Assembly: GCF_036321535.1 (NCBI RefSeq)
Contig: NC_087436.1
Span: 97,590,001 to 97,654,000 of the forward strand
Reading direction: 5' to 3'
From: Camelus dromedarius
Taxonomy: Eukaryota
Length of the DNA: 64,000 bases
The position numbers and the translations under genes are program-made. The notes below the pieces were generated by a model, which worked only from the letters and a program-made list of their open reading frames with translations, was not told the DNA's origin and did no database searches. Positions 38,377 through 51,453 of the stretch are shown one piece after another (position 1 is the stretch's first letter; every line of letters starts with the position of its first letter).

Positions 38377-41300
38377 TTATTAGAATTTCAGAACCCACAG
38401 ACAGAGCCCAGCCTGAGGCAATGGAGAGGTACTGAGGTCCTTGGAGGAGGGAGGAAGGTTAAGGTGCTCAGAATTGAGTATTCTAGTCTTAATTCATTTA
38501 TCTCTTTTTCCTCCCAGTTCACCCTCAGATAACCTCAAACTAGCAAAAAACCAAAATTGTCTAATGACTAAGAAGTGGAAGTTGTGCATTTGATTCTATT
38601 TATTTACTTATTAAATGTTACTTAAAAGTATTTGGGTTATTATGTGTATTTTACCAGGATAAAAAAATGAATGTGGAAAAAAAAATTGGGATTGTAAATT
38701 CATAAATAAACTCTTTATAAATTTGTACAGGAATATAGAAATAACTGTTCCTCTATTTTATGTATACAGTTTGGCATTAATTTACTACTTTAACTCATTG
38801 TAAAAGCATTCATTTTCTTTATTCATTGGTTGTCCTTTTTTTGTCCCTTAAGGCAATAATACTAGGCAAAACTTGGCATCAGTTTTCTCTTCTTAAAATG
38901 TATTAACATATAAAAAAGGGATTGAGAGGAGACTAAGAAGATTTATGAGACTAGCAAGATTTATAAAGATCAGCAGGAAATAAATAGTACCAAGATAAGC
39001 CCTTTAACAAAAAGAGCCCCCTTAGTCTTTCCAGCCTTTTGAATCCAATTCTTTGTGACTCATCGTAGTGATTACTGAAGGGTAAGTTACTGTACCCTAG
39101 GACACACAACTGAATTGTTCTGGGTGAAGAAGCACTCAAACATAATGTAGAATGTTCTGTGCCACATGTTATACATTGATAAGCTTAGTAAGGCTTCTTC
39201 TGGTCATACATGCATCTCCCATCCTGCAGCTCTCCGCAGATTAGGGAACTCCTCTCCCTGTAGGTGATGTGGGGTTATTTACAAAATGTCAGACAGAACA
39301 GTAATGTGCAGCAGTATTTCTCCTGGAAGATAATAATAAACGTCCTGATTTTTTTTAAAAAAATGAGGCTTACATTCTAATTTTCACAATAGAGGGAAAT
39401 AATCTACTCTAATTTAACCTGTTCTTAGTTTAGCTTTTCAAATCAAGTTGAAGAAGGACTGCTCATCATATAAACCTAGCATATTTTATAGGAAATTATA
39501 ATTAGTTTGGGGGTTGTTTAACAAAAAGGCTGTGCAGCGAGGAAAATGTGTGTTTTTAATGAAAATAACTTTTGTAATACAAAAGAAATGTATTCTGTTG
39601 CAAAACTTTATAAAAATATAGAGATGTAGAGCATTGAAAGTAATAGTCAATAGTCCTCTAGGCTATAACCAGTAATAATTATTTTATAAGTTTCTTTCTC
39701 TCTCAACATCAGTACTGGTCTTAATTTACATTCTGTCTTGAAATCTGACTTTTTCATTTACTAGTACATAGGGAAGTTGTTTACAAATGTATACATGCTT
39801 CATGACTCTTAAATATTCCAAATACATAAACATAATTTTAAAAAATTCTACTGCTAAACATTAAGGTTCATTTAAGATTTTACTAACACAGATCATGTTT
39901 CTAATTAATTTTTTCCTTGTTCAAATTAAATTTCAAGAACTGAAGTTTGCTTGGGAAAAGCCATACGCTGTCCTCACACCGTACTCTCACTTCATTGTAC
40001 TGTGTGGACTTCTGGATATTTTCCACTGAATATTTCACTACCCTAAAAAAAAGGATAAATGAAGAACATTTGACATTACTAGCACATAAAACAATCACCT
40101 GGCACTGCAAGCTTCAATTGATTTTATTATTAAATCAAATGAGATTAAAACATTTTTAAAAATAATGTGTATAATCTAATTTTGAAGCTCCTTTTTTTTC
40201 CCTTGGTGCACTTGCGATATAATCTTGAAGCTCCTTGTTTTTTGGTCCACTTAAATGTTGAATATATATATAAAACAATGTGGAAACATACTTGTTGGAC
40301 TGGTCATAACTGAAGTCATGGGCAATTTCAATATAATTCAAATTCTCCTCTCTTCTAAAATATTCCGTCCTTTCAAAAACAGGGACACACATAGATTTGG
40401 GGGTCTCATTTGCTTAATATTGTTCCCTTGATGCCTAAATACTATGTATTTTAGGATCTCTTTGAACCATTTATAATATATATGTTTATAGCATATATAT
40501 TTACATCTGTCTAAAATTATAAATATAAATGTATTATAAGCATATGCATTTTAATATGTAACTTTAAAAAGCTGCAGGGAGTTTTAAAATGAACTATTTA
40601 TGAAATATAGCTATAATAATTATCTACTCAATTACAAATCGTGATATGTCCAAAAAGTGAAGGAGTTACACTATTTTATTTTTTCATAAAAGATGGATGA
40701 GCATTTGAAATCTATGATGTACTATTGAAACATAAGAACACTGATAAATCCTCCTTTGTTTATATTGCATTTATAACTTTGATTAAATGTCATATCCTTC
40801 CTTAAAGAGAAAAGGCAAATCATTTTGTGTATTTCTAAATCAATGTATCCCTTTTTTTCCTTTGTTATCTTTCCCTGTTTTCTGGCCATTTTTCATTGTA
40901 CTAGATCTGTCACACAGATTCCAAAGGTGGAGGCTGCCTGTTGGCTTTTCATCAATGTGTCCTACATCTTGAGCTATAGTTTTATTAATCTTTTCTACCT
41001 TGTTTCTTTGTTTATTACTGATAGTTGAAATACAAATAAAAACGTCAGATGATTTCTTTGGGATAATGAGAAGACACAAATCTCAGTAGAAGTGATCAAA
41101 ATAAAAAAATTCTAATATATTGTATATAACATAAGTTTGACATCTTTGTGAAAATCCTGACTTATCTATTATAGCTATTATTTAGGCTTTAGACTTGGTG
41201 TTACATCTTATTTAAAAAAAAAAAAATACCAGTCACTTTGAGCTTAAGAGCTGAAGAGTCAAGACCTGAGGGTGTTTCAAGGAACAGCCATTTCTTTCTT

Positions 41301-41883
41301 TTAGAGAACTAGCCAATTTCTGAATATAAACCTACTCATTAGGGCAGGTAAATAGACTTCCTGGATGAGGAGGGACATCCTGTAGTGGGGTACCAAGAGG
41401 AATACCAAGGTGCTAAGTAAAAATGGAGCTTATCTGCAAGCCTCTACTCAAAACAATTATGAGTATAATTTCTGATGCTTCAATTGCAATGTTAGTTTTT
41501 GATAACATCTTTTCCAACTCAGGTATTTATTTTAAATAGATTCCCCATTAACAGCATCCCTAAGAAGGAGACAGTGCCTGCACTTTTTCTTCTACCTTCA
41601 CGTCTAACCCTTACCAGATCCTCCTCTTACAATATCCTGTCACAGCACCATCTTCTTGTCAGCATCCTAGCACATCTTTTCTTGTGCTCACTTGCCCTTG
41701 GCAGTGGTCGTTAGAGGAAAAGCTGAGAGTTTCAGATGATGTGAATATTAAGATGAAAATGTAACAGAAATAAGAAAGAATAAGAGAAATAACAGTGTGG
41801 CAAGATCCAGAATAAAAGGTGACTAGAGAAATTAAAATCACTAAAGGTTATTATGTACCCATTGGTGCATGAACAAAACTTGT

Positions 41884-42390
41884 AATAACTAATACCTACT
41901 GAGAGTTCATTATGATCTCAGTTTGACCTAAAGTGCTTTACATGTATTTATTCATTTAGTCTTAACAACCTTAAAAAATAGGCACTGTAATATTTTCTCT
42001 TTTACAGGCAAGAAAATAAAACGATGTAGAGATTATAAGTATTGCATAATGCAATAGTTAAAGAGTACAGAAATCTAAAGTCAAACAGCTTGGACTTGAA
42101 GACTGGCTCTGTTTTGTACCAGCTCCTTAAATTTGGGCAAATTACTTAGACCTTCTGTATTTAACTTTCCCAGTCATAAAATGGGGGTATAATAATGTGT
42201 AACAAACACAGAGGGGTGTCAGGAGGATTGCTGAGTTAATATGAACATACAACTTAGAGCAGTGCCTGGCCCTCAGCAAGCATAACTTATGTGCCTCCTA
42301 TTATATTTATTGTCTGATTTTATGGAGTTAGTGTTGGACCTGGGATAAAAACCCAGGCAATCTAACAGCAGAGATCTGCAGAAATCATAG
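41884..42390 (-). mobile_element. MIR (minus) split by a nested plus-strand MIR
   Basis: The 3' half at 41884-42040 (aagtgctttacatgtatttattcattta...tttacaggcaagaaaat) resumes at about 42311 (ttgtctga...ggacctgggataaaaacccaggcaatctaac). Confidence 0.7.
42041..42310 (+). mobile_element. MIR SINE, near full length, nested
   Basis: gcataatgcaatagttaaagagtacag...ttgggcaaattactta...taaaatggggg...cttagagcagtgcctggc. Confidence 0.8.
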
Positions 42391-43339
42391 GATTGCTATA
42401 CCAAAACCTCCTATCTTCCTAACAAAACACTCTCTCCCCCACCCCCTCCTTTCCTTCCTTCCTCCCGCCCTCCCTTCTATCTTTCTCTTTCTCTCTCACA
42501 CACATACACTTGAACACACTCAATATATATAAAGCAAACATTATTTTCTTCCCTATTTTAAAGCTTAAGACACTATGACCCAGAAATGTTAAGTGGCTTT
42601 TCATTCCTCATGAAATAAAGATAACAAACTCTTTGAGTTCATAGACTGTATTTTTCCAGTTATAAATCTCCATTACCTGCTGGAGTATAACCATTTGAAG
42701 TACCTGCTGTGTATAACCATTCACTGTATTTTTATTGAATCACAAATTAATTAATGACCAGCATAGGGCTAGAATCTTAACATAAGAACTTTGACTACAA
42801 ATATAGATTGTATATTTTTGCTAAATTTACAGTCAGACTTATAAGTCTTTGATACTAGATTTATCTGATCCAGGTTTGGAGCCTTGAATAAACAAATCAT
42901 TAGCCTATTTTGAACTTCATTCTGCATATTTATGCAACTTAACATTTACACTTATAATATCTAGTAGCCATGCCATATGAAGAGGTATGAATTCAAAAGT
43001 ACCTTGAAAATACATCACGTTATTCCAATGTAAAGTGATATCCATGTAGTGAACTGTGTTTTTGGAACAGATTTCACTATTTGCTTTTTGATACACGGAA
43101 TATAGATGCGCGCACACACACATACACACACACAAATGTGTGTGTGTGTAAGAAAATAGGAACCAAAGTGGTAGGGTTTGAACATGCTAACAATGGGGGC
43201 ACCAATGAGTTAAAAACCAAAGTGAGCTAGTAAGCAGATACTGGCAGTCTGAAATGGCAGTACAGATACATCAATCCCCACCACATTGTTGAGGTCACGG
43301 GATTTGAGACTCCAGGTGGGAGGTCTGAGAAACTCATGG

Positions 43340-44282
43340 TATCCCCCCATCACAATGTGCTTTTCCTCCAGCCTTTCCCATCTTAGTTAATGCCAGTAGT
43401 GCTCATGGAGATTCCCGTGATACGAACCTGGAAGTCATCCTTGATTCCACTCATTTCCTCAGCCTTACATCCAGCTCAGTCCTATGTGCAAAATGTATCT
43501 TTGAATCCAGGGACATTTTATTTTCTTTTTCAGCTGAGATACTGTCATATCTCTCTGATTTGTCATCTTGATTTCACTCCAGCCTTTGTCCATTCAAACA
43601 ACAATCAGAATGATCTAAAGAAATATTTTTATCCTATAGTTAATTGGGTTTTTATTCCAGATTTCTATTCTAATCCAGCAGGGGTTATTTCTGTACTTTG
43701 ATTTTTTTTAATTTTATTTATTTATTTTTTTAACTTTTTTTTTTTTTTGCGTTATAGTCCGTTCACAATGTTGTGTCAATTTCCAGTGTAGAGCACAATT
43801 TTTCAGTTACACACAAACATTTCTGTATTTTAAAAAATGATTTATGTGATGGCCCTGGGCTTCCTTCCAGCCACCCCTTTATTTTGTGACTGATTCTTCT
43901 ATCTCAGGATTCTGTTGCTTGCTCTTTTTACCACCTGATGTGTCTCATTCTGCTCACCCTTTATCCTGTATTTTACTCATTCTTCTTATCCTTAAGTCTC
44001 AGTTTAAGTATTAAGTCCTCATATATGCCTATCATCCCTTTAAGAAGAGATTTTTTTAAAGTTTTATTTTTCTCCTACTTTCATTGAGTTTAGCTCATAA
44101 CACTAATGCACTGTGTAAGTACATTAATTGGGTGATTACTGGTTAAAACCAGGTCTCTCGCGGTAGGAACCCGGCTCTAAGAAGGGAAACACCACGTAAC
44201 TTGTGCTCACTGCTGCATTCCTGCAGGCTAGAACAGTCTGCCCCAGAGTAGCGAGTCAACACCTGTTTGTTGAATTAATGAA
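43340..44282 (+). mobile_element. L2 fragments including the 3' end
   Basis: ttcccatcttagttaatg...aacctggaagtcatccttgattcc; 3' end gctcactgctgcattcc...ctagaacagt...tgtttgttgaattaatgaa. Confidence 0.7.
43700..43818 (-). mobile_element. Very short young camelid L1 3' end with 13-bp TSD
   Basis: Poly-T followed by gttatagtc..acaatgttgtgtcaatttccagtgtagagcacaatttttcagtta, the reverse of the tails at 49690 and 55225. TSD atttctgta(c/t)ttt at 43687-43699 and 43819-43831. Confidence 0.9.
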
Positions 44283-44849
44283 GTGGTCCTTGTAAAAGAA
44301 GGGCTGATGGAACTGATAAGATATCATTAAGGGCAGAGATGGTTGTGGCCTATTTCCCATAGTTGAGTGAAATTTTCATAAGCAGTCATCATTCCAAGTA
44401 CTGGGGAAGAGCTGCAGTAGGTTAATGCTTGAATGATCTAAAATTAAGGCTTTGGAAATAAGGTGTCATTGTCACAAGTGAGGGAGTAAGGGGGCTGGAG
44501 AGATGGGTGGTTGGGTTCAGAAATTAGTGATTTCAAAATTGGGAGGGTTCTTGTCATTGACACATTTCTCAGGGTAGCTATAAGAATTTATGAATGAAAT
44601 GGAACACAAGTTTATGTCCTTGATGAACAAATAGGGAGTAATTAGAAGGCTACTGGGTCACAGAAAAGTGGAAGAGCAGAAAGTAGAGAAGAGATGACAA
44701 GACTCTCAAAAAAAGATATTTTGCAGAGTGTAGAAATGTAATATTCTAAAGGTAGAAAGCTAAAAAATTATAAGCTCTACTCTACACTTCATGACACATA
44801 GGATATAATGATATAAGCATATAGAAATAAACTTAGAGAAATAATAATG

Positions 44850-45080
44850 ACATTAATACTAATTTTATGCTTGGCACTGTGCTAGGAGATTAGTGCTTAT
44901 CTCTTAGATTCACCAACACTAATGAATTAAGTGTTATCATTATCTATGTTTACAGATTAGGAACCAGAGGCTCTTAGGTTCTGCTGGGTGCCAAGACCAA
45001 ACAGCAAATAAATGGCAACCTTGACAGTCAAATGCAGGAAGTGTGCCTACAGGCTGATTTGCTTATGTTTACGTTGCTAC
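44850..45080 (-). mobile_element. MIR SINE
   Basis: ggcactgtgctagg...tttacagattaggaaccagaggctc. Confidence 0.7.
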
Positions 45081-47689
45081 TATTAGTCACCATGGCAAGC
45101 ATTCTATTTAATTAACAGTATTTGAAATAAAAATATATAAACATGTAAGCTTTATTTGTATAGATACGTAACTAAAATTATAGAGATATGACATTTTTCT
45201 TATATTTATATCATTCTTTCTCAGCATAAAATTTGAAGGAGCTTAAATACTAAATGTTCCTTCTAGGTCTGCTCAGTATCCATGTTGGCAGGATGGCTTT
45301 TTAGAGAGCAGAAGTATAGTTCCATAGACTGATTCTTCTGCTGATCTTGAAAATGCATTGACGACACAAATTTTATTAATTCCACGTACTAACTGAATGA
45401 GAAAACTGGACCCAGATGTATTTTAGTTTTGAAAAATTCAATAAGAATAGAATATATTCCCCAATTTTGCCATCTCCATTTTTTAAACCTATGTATATAA
45501 TAAATATATATATTTAAATAAATCTGGATTCTGTCTGTTTTTTCCCTTGCATTTTCGTTCTCACTTTTCTGATTTGAAAAAGAGCTACAAGGATATTGCA
45601 AGAGAAATTGTCCTCTTGGTATTCCTGGTTTGGAACAGAAGTTAAAATATAGCAAATCTCATGAGAAAATGTGCTTTGTGACATTTACAGCTCAATTTTA
45701 CCGATTCAGAAGATTTGAATAAGCATTAGATAAGCATCCAAGCTTATCCAGGGTGAACCTGAATTCTGAAACTTCTTAAGTTCCATCATTGGTAATCTTA
45801 CCTCCCTTCTGACGATGTCAGCCACAGCATACCAGTGGAAATCCTGGTTTGCCATTGTACATCACAGTCAAGGATAAAGAATGTCATGTATTAGCCACTT
45901 TATTAAAAATATGAGATAAGGGCAGGCCGAGAGGAAAGTTCCTTAAGAACACAATGAAGGAAAGAAGTGAGAAGTGTCTTAATAATGACTAGGTACTATA
46001 AGGTCATGCAATTCAGCCCAGTATGTTTCAATACTATTTATTAGATAAAGTAATAATGATACCAACTAGTGAAACAATTTTGTCAACAGAATTGATATTT
46101 TTATGTGTACAGACTAATAAAGTCAGCAGATCATTATTTGGAACAGTAGATATGTAGAACAATAAAATGATGTGCATAGTAAAAATTAATTTTATACATG
46201 CAGATAATTTCAATGAATATTAAATTAAAACACTTAATGAGGCTTATCTGCAGTATAAATATCCACATGTAAAGTGCTATATCTTTTGCATGTTTCAGAA
46301 CAAGTTTGAGGGACAGTGAAGCTAGAAATAATTAAATATTTGCATAGAACTTGAGGTTTGTATATCTACCTTTGTAAACGTTTTTACAACTGAACTTACT
46401 TAAAAACTTTCTCAACAAAGAAAAGTCAATGGATAAACTGATCTCAAATGTAAATTCTTAAACTTTGGTACAGCTGAATGGAAAATAATTTCTTTATCTT
46501 TGCTTTTCTGTCTTTAAGTTTATGTAAGACTAAGGGATAAAAAGGGTAAATCATTCATATGGCTTATTTTGCCTTTTTAAATTACATTTTCCCCATATAC
46601 TAATTAGTTTTCTAAGTTGCTTACACTAATCTCAGGAGCTCAGAAACAATTTTCTATACTACACTTTTATTAAGCTCAATCTACTGGATGCAATTTTTAA
46701 ATAGATTTACAGGAATTATCAAGAGAAGAACAACTTTATGCGTGTTCTTGTCTCTTTATTTTCTTGTCAAAGGAGAATCACAGAGTCTTGCTATTCTTCT
46801 CTTTCTAGTGTAGCGGACTAACATCTGTGCAATTATACAAACCTGCAAATTAATTTTTTGTGTGAGCTAATTACTTTAAAATTATAATGGAAAAAGATTT
46901 CAAAACCTAAGTGCAAAGCAATGTTAGGCAAAATTAAATGGTAAACATTCCGATTAACATACAGTACTTAATGAGATTGTTTTGATAGAAAATCTTGAAA
47001 ATAATGCAAGTGTATAGAACTGCTGACAAATATTTAATTTAATTAATGAATTTCTGTAATTGATAGTCATATTTCACATTAGATGATTATTATTTAACTT
47101 ACATTCTTTTTTTCTGCTGTACAAATGAGACTACCCTTAGGAAACTGAGGAAAAGTAAAACTGTGTTGAATTATGCTCCTTCTTTCACAGACTTAAGGAA
47201 AAGAATGAAAACATAAAATTTTAAATAACAGCATTATTTTGATCTATTTGAAACAGAAAAAATCAGTAAAAAAAAAAAATGTAGTCCATAGAACAAACTC
47301 ACTTGTGGGACTTTTACTGTCTGGCCCATGATATTAGTCAGGTGTCATCTTCTGTCTTATCTTGTTTCCAATTTCAAATTTTCAGTAATTAACTGTTTGT
47401 ATTCCCTCCACAAAAATGTGCCCTGTCTTTGTCATATAGAAGTGTCTATCTAGAAGTTTCCTCTGCCTTTCTGTGCTACCTAATTCCTACTCATCCATCA
47501 AGTCTTAGTCTACATGTTATTACCTTCCAAAGGATTTCTCCAAATCTTTAAGTCCATTTTGTAAATGGTTTCTATGTAACTGACTTTTCCTATAAGTTTC
47601 CTTTAAGGCTTCTTCTCTTCTGGATATGAGGTGGATTGATCTTTCTAAAATACAAATACAATTATACCTTTATTTATAATTAAACAAAA

Positions 47690-48808
47690 TGGTAACAAAC
47701 TAGAAACCACTTGGATATTCATAAAGGAATTATGCTATATATCTAATATGGAATAGCATGCCAGTATTTAACAAAATGATGTAGACACTTCTTAGATATT
47801 AACTATTTACCTGGAAGGATAGTTATATTTTGTTAAATGATCAGCACCAAGTACAGAGCAGTAAGTATAATATTAATGTTTTAACAATCAACATATGTTT
47901 ATGAGTATAAATTAAGATTAGAAAAGATATTCACCAATAAATAATGGTGGTTACCTTAGCGGACAGGGTGTGAATGGCAGGTGTGGAGTTAGAGTGCTAT
48001 TTGGTCTTCCATATGCAGAAGACAAGTAAGCCCTAAACCTAAAGAAAAAGCCAGACAACTTATTCAAAGACCACAAACTGTGACCCAAGACCTTTCAGAC
48101 ACTATCATAGAATAAAAACAAGGAAAATAACATCTGGGCAAGTCATAGTCAAGTAACATCAAACTGAAGATTAAAAAGTAAAAATCTGAAAAGCAACAGA
48201 GAAAAAAGACACATTATGTAGAGGATACAAGGGTAATGGCTGAATTCTCACAGGAAAACATGCATAAAAGAAAACAGTAGAATGGCAGTTTTAATGTGTT
48301 GAAAGGGAGCAAAGCCTTGTCATTGAAAAATTCCATATCCTGTAAACATACCCTTTGGAAATGAAGGCAAATAAGTGCATTTTTCCATAAAGAAAAAGTG
48401 AGATAATTCTTTGCTGGCAACTCTGCACATAAGAAATACTACATAAAAGGATTTAGCCTAAAAGAAAATAGCCAGATGAAAATTCAGATCTATAAGGAGA
48501 AATAACACCAAAAATGGTAAATATATACAGGGATATGCACAATGTAGACTTTTTTTCTCTATTTATTTTAAAAATATAGTACTGCTTTCAGAAGTAATTA
48601 TAATATTGTATTATGAGGTTTATAATGTGCATTGATGTAACATACACGACAGTTAAAGTGCTATGGATGGGGCATAATAAAACTGCTTTTGCAAATTTCT
48701 TACATTTTTTAATGAAATAGTACAGAATTAACCTTGAATATATTATGATGAAGTGCATATTACGATTCTGAGAGCAAAATCTAAAAGAAATTGCTGAAGT
48801 ATAAAGTT
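47690..48808 (+). mobile_element. Old L1M fragments (3' end-like piece, then ORF1/inter-ORF region)
   Basis: catctgggcaagtcatagtcaa...aaaatctgaaaagcaacagagaaaaaagacacattatgtagagga...tctcacaggaaaacatg resembles L1M ORF1. Confidence 0.65.
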
Positions 48809-48822
48809 AAGAAGCCAATAGA

Positions 48823-49770
48823 ATGGAATAAAGACAGGCTCTTCAGCAAATGGTGTTGGGAAAACTGGACAGCAGCATGTAAAGCAATGAAGCCAGAACA
48901 CTCCCTTACACCATACACAAAAATCAACTCAAAATGGATCAAAGACTTAAACACAAAACAAGATACAATAAACCTCCTAGAAGAAAATATAGGCAAAACA
49001 TTACCTGACATACATCTCAAAAATGTTCTCCTAGAACAGTCTACTCAAGCAATAGAAATAAAAGCAAGAATAGACAAATGGGATCTAATGAAATGTACAA
49101 GCTTCTGCACAGCAAGGAAACCATAAGTAAAACAAAAAGACAACCTATGGAATGGGAGAAAATTTTTGCAAATGAAACCGACAAAGGCTTGATCTCCAGA
49201 ATATATAAGCAGCTCATATGACTTAATGAGAAAAAGCAAACAACCCAATCCAAAAATGAGCAAAAGACCTAAACAAGCAATGTGGTATATTTATACAATG
49301 GACCATTCAGCCATAAAAAAAATGACAACATAACGCCATCTGCAGCAACATGGCTGTCCCTGGAGAATGTCATTCTAAGTGAAGTAAGCCAAAAAGAGAA
49401 AGAAAAATACCATTTGAGAACACTCATATATGGAATCTTAAAAAAAAAAAAAAGAACATAAATACTAAACAGAAATAGACTCATAGACATAGAATACAAA
49501 CTTGTGGTTGCCAAGGGGGAAGGAGGTGGAAGGGACAGACTGGGAGTTCGAAATTTGTAGATACTGATGGGCATATGTAGAATAGATAAACAAGATTATA
49601 CTGTATAGCACAGGGATATATATACAAGATCTTGTGGTAGCTCATAGCAAAAAAGAATGCAACAATGAATACATGTATGTTCATGTATAACTGAAAAATT
49701 GTGCTCTACACTGGAAATTAACACAGCATTGTAAACTGACTATAACTTAATTTAAAAAATGTTTAAAAAA
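48823..49770 (+). mobile_element. Young camelid L1, 5'-truncated (ORF2 C-terminus plus 3' UTR), 14-bp TSD
   Basis: ORF 48791-49126 reads ...LFSKWCWENWTAACKAMKPEHSLTPYTKINSKWIKDLN...WDLMKCTSFCTA, which is L1 ORF2p. TSD aagaagccaataga at 48809-48822 and 49771-49784. Confidence 0.95.
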
Positions 49771-51453
49771 AAGAAGCCAATAGAGATATGACAACGAAAT
49801 AACAAAATTATATTAGCTCAGATTTTAAGTATATAAAATATCTTCTTAATATCAAATAAGTAATAGATATATCATGCTTCTCATAAGAATCTTATAAATA
49901 ATATTATGTGTCATTCACTATGATGATGCTTCAGTAATAATTCAGTAAAAGGCCCAGAAAAACTGTAGTGAAATTTAAAATACAAAGGCAACTTTTACAA
50001 AAGTATTCCAATTTTCTCAAAGTTAATATACTATTTTATTTAAAATCATATAATTACATAAACTGCATAAAGTCAAAACTAGAAGTTAGTATTTTTTCCA
50101 AACTTTCCCCCCAAGATCACTGCTTTAACAGTTTGCTTGGCAAAAGAGAAGGTTCCTTATGCCTTCACAATATACATGGTAGAAGATACAGAGGAAAGAT
50201 TGGGATAACACAAGAAAATATATGTGTTTTAGAACACAGAAAATATTATGAAACAAGAGAGGAGAAACAGAGGTCGTCATTCAGGCATGCTGAGAAAATT
50301 TGTCACTTACCTCTTTAAAAATCAGCCACTTGGCCCATAAGGAGATATGGTTATTGAATTTTAAGAGATACTGCATTTGCCAATAAAGCAAGAGCAAAAG
50401 TCACCTGCAGACTGGTCTTAGGATTAGGTGAACTAACCAATGTCCTTTTGCTTATGCTATATCTGTGGAACACAATATTGTGAATTTAAATTTGTTGGAA
50501 TGGTAGCTAACTCAAAGAAGTTATTCAAATTATGTGTAGGTTGAAATAATGTAATTTTGTCAAAATGAAATTGTTTCTTGCTAGCTTGTTGTAAATATCA
50601 AAGATTTTTTTAAAAAATAAAGCAAGGTAAGTTCAAATCTCTTAATTATGTTTTATCTCTTTCCGTTTGATTTTTAAGTGTTCTCCATAGTCACAGTGCC
50701 TCACTGACATTATTATGACATATAAGAGTTTTAACTGAAACATTCAATCCCCAGTAGTTGTGTTTATTTTTCAACATTAGCATAATAAAAAATAAAATCT
50801 GCTCCCTCAATTTAAAATAAGGAGGAATAGAGAAATAGAGAGGAATCAAGTGAACAGACTGAATCTAGAGGAATACATAAAAAAATAAATTTACTTCATT
50901 ACGTTAAGAATCCAAATAGCAACAGAATTGAATAAACTATGATAATATTGGAAAGACTAACAGCTAGTCCACATTCCTTCTTATCAGACATATGATCTCT
51001 CTGGTTTCAGTTTTTTGTTTTCTAGGATAGAGGTGAGAAGTTTCAAAGAGGAGACGCTTACAAGAGATTGGGATTGGTAAATCCGAGGTGCACACATCTC
51101 CCTATCCTGTGTCCAGGGCAGACACTGTTAACTGATCATGATATTTTTCACTTATAGGTTTTAATGGTGACTCAGAATTTTCATGCCATGCTCTAGAGCA
51201 TCATTATCAGTTAGACAGAGTTATCCAAACAGATGAAATTTGTTTGTTATTTATTGCTGAGATGACTTTTATAGTCTCTTTATTGACTCCTCTGTTCAAA
51301 CACCTCATTATTCTCATTTTATAAAACTGACCATCATTATTGTTTAAAAGTTATCTATTGAGATGTATTCAATTGGCCAGTCTCACAATCCCAGGACATG
51401 AGTTCAATTTAGGTTAATCCAAATTAAAAGTCTATGTTCTGACTTGTACTACC

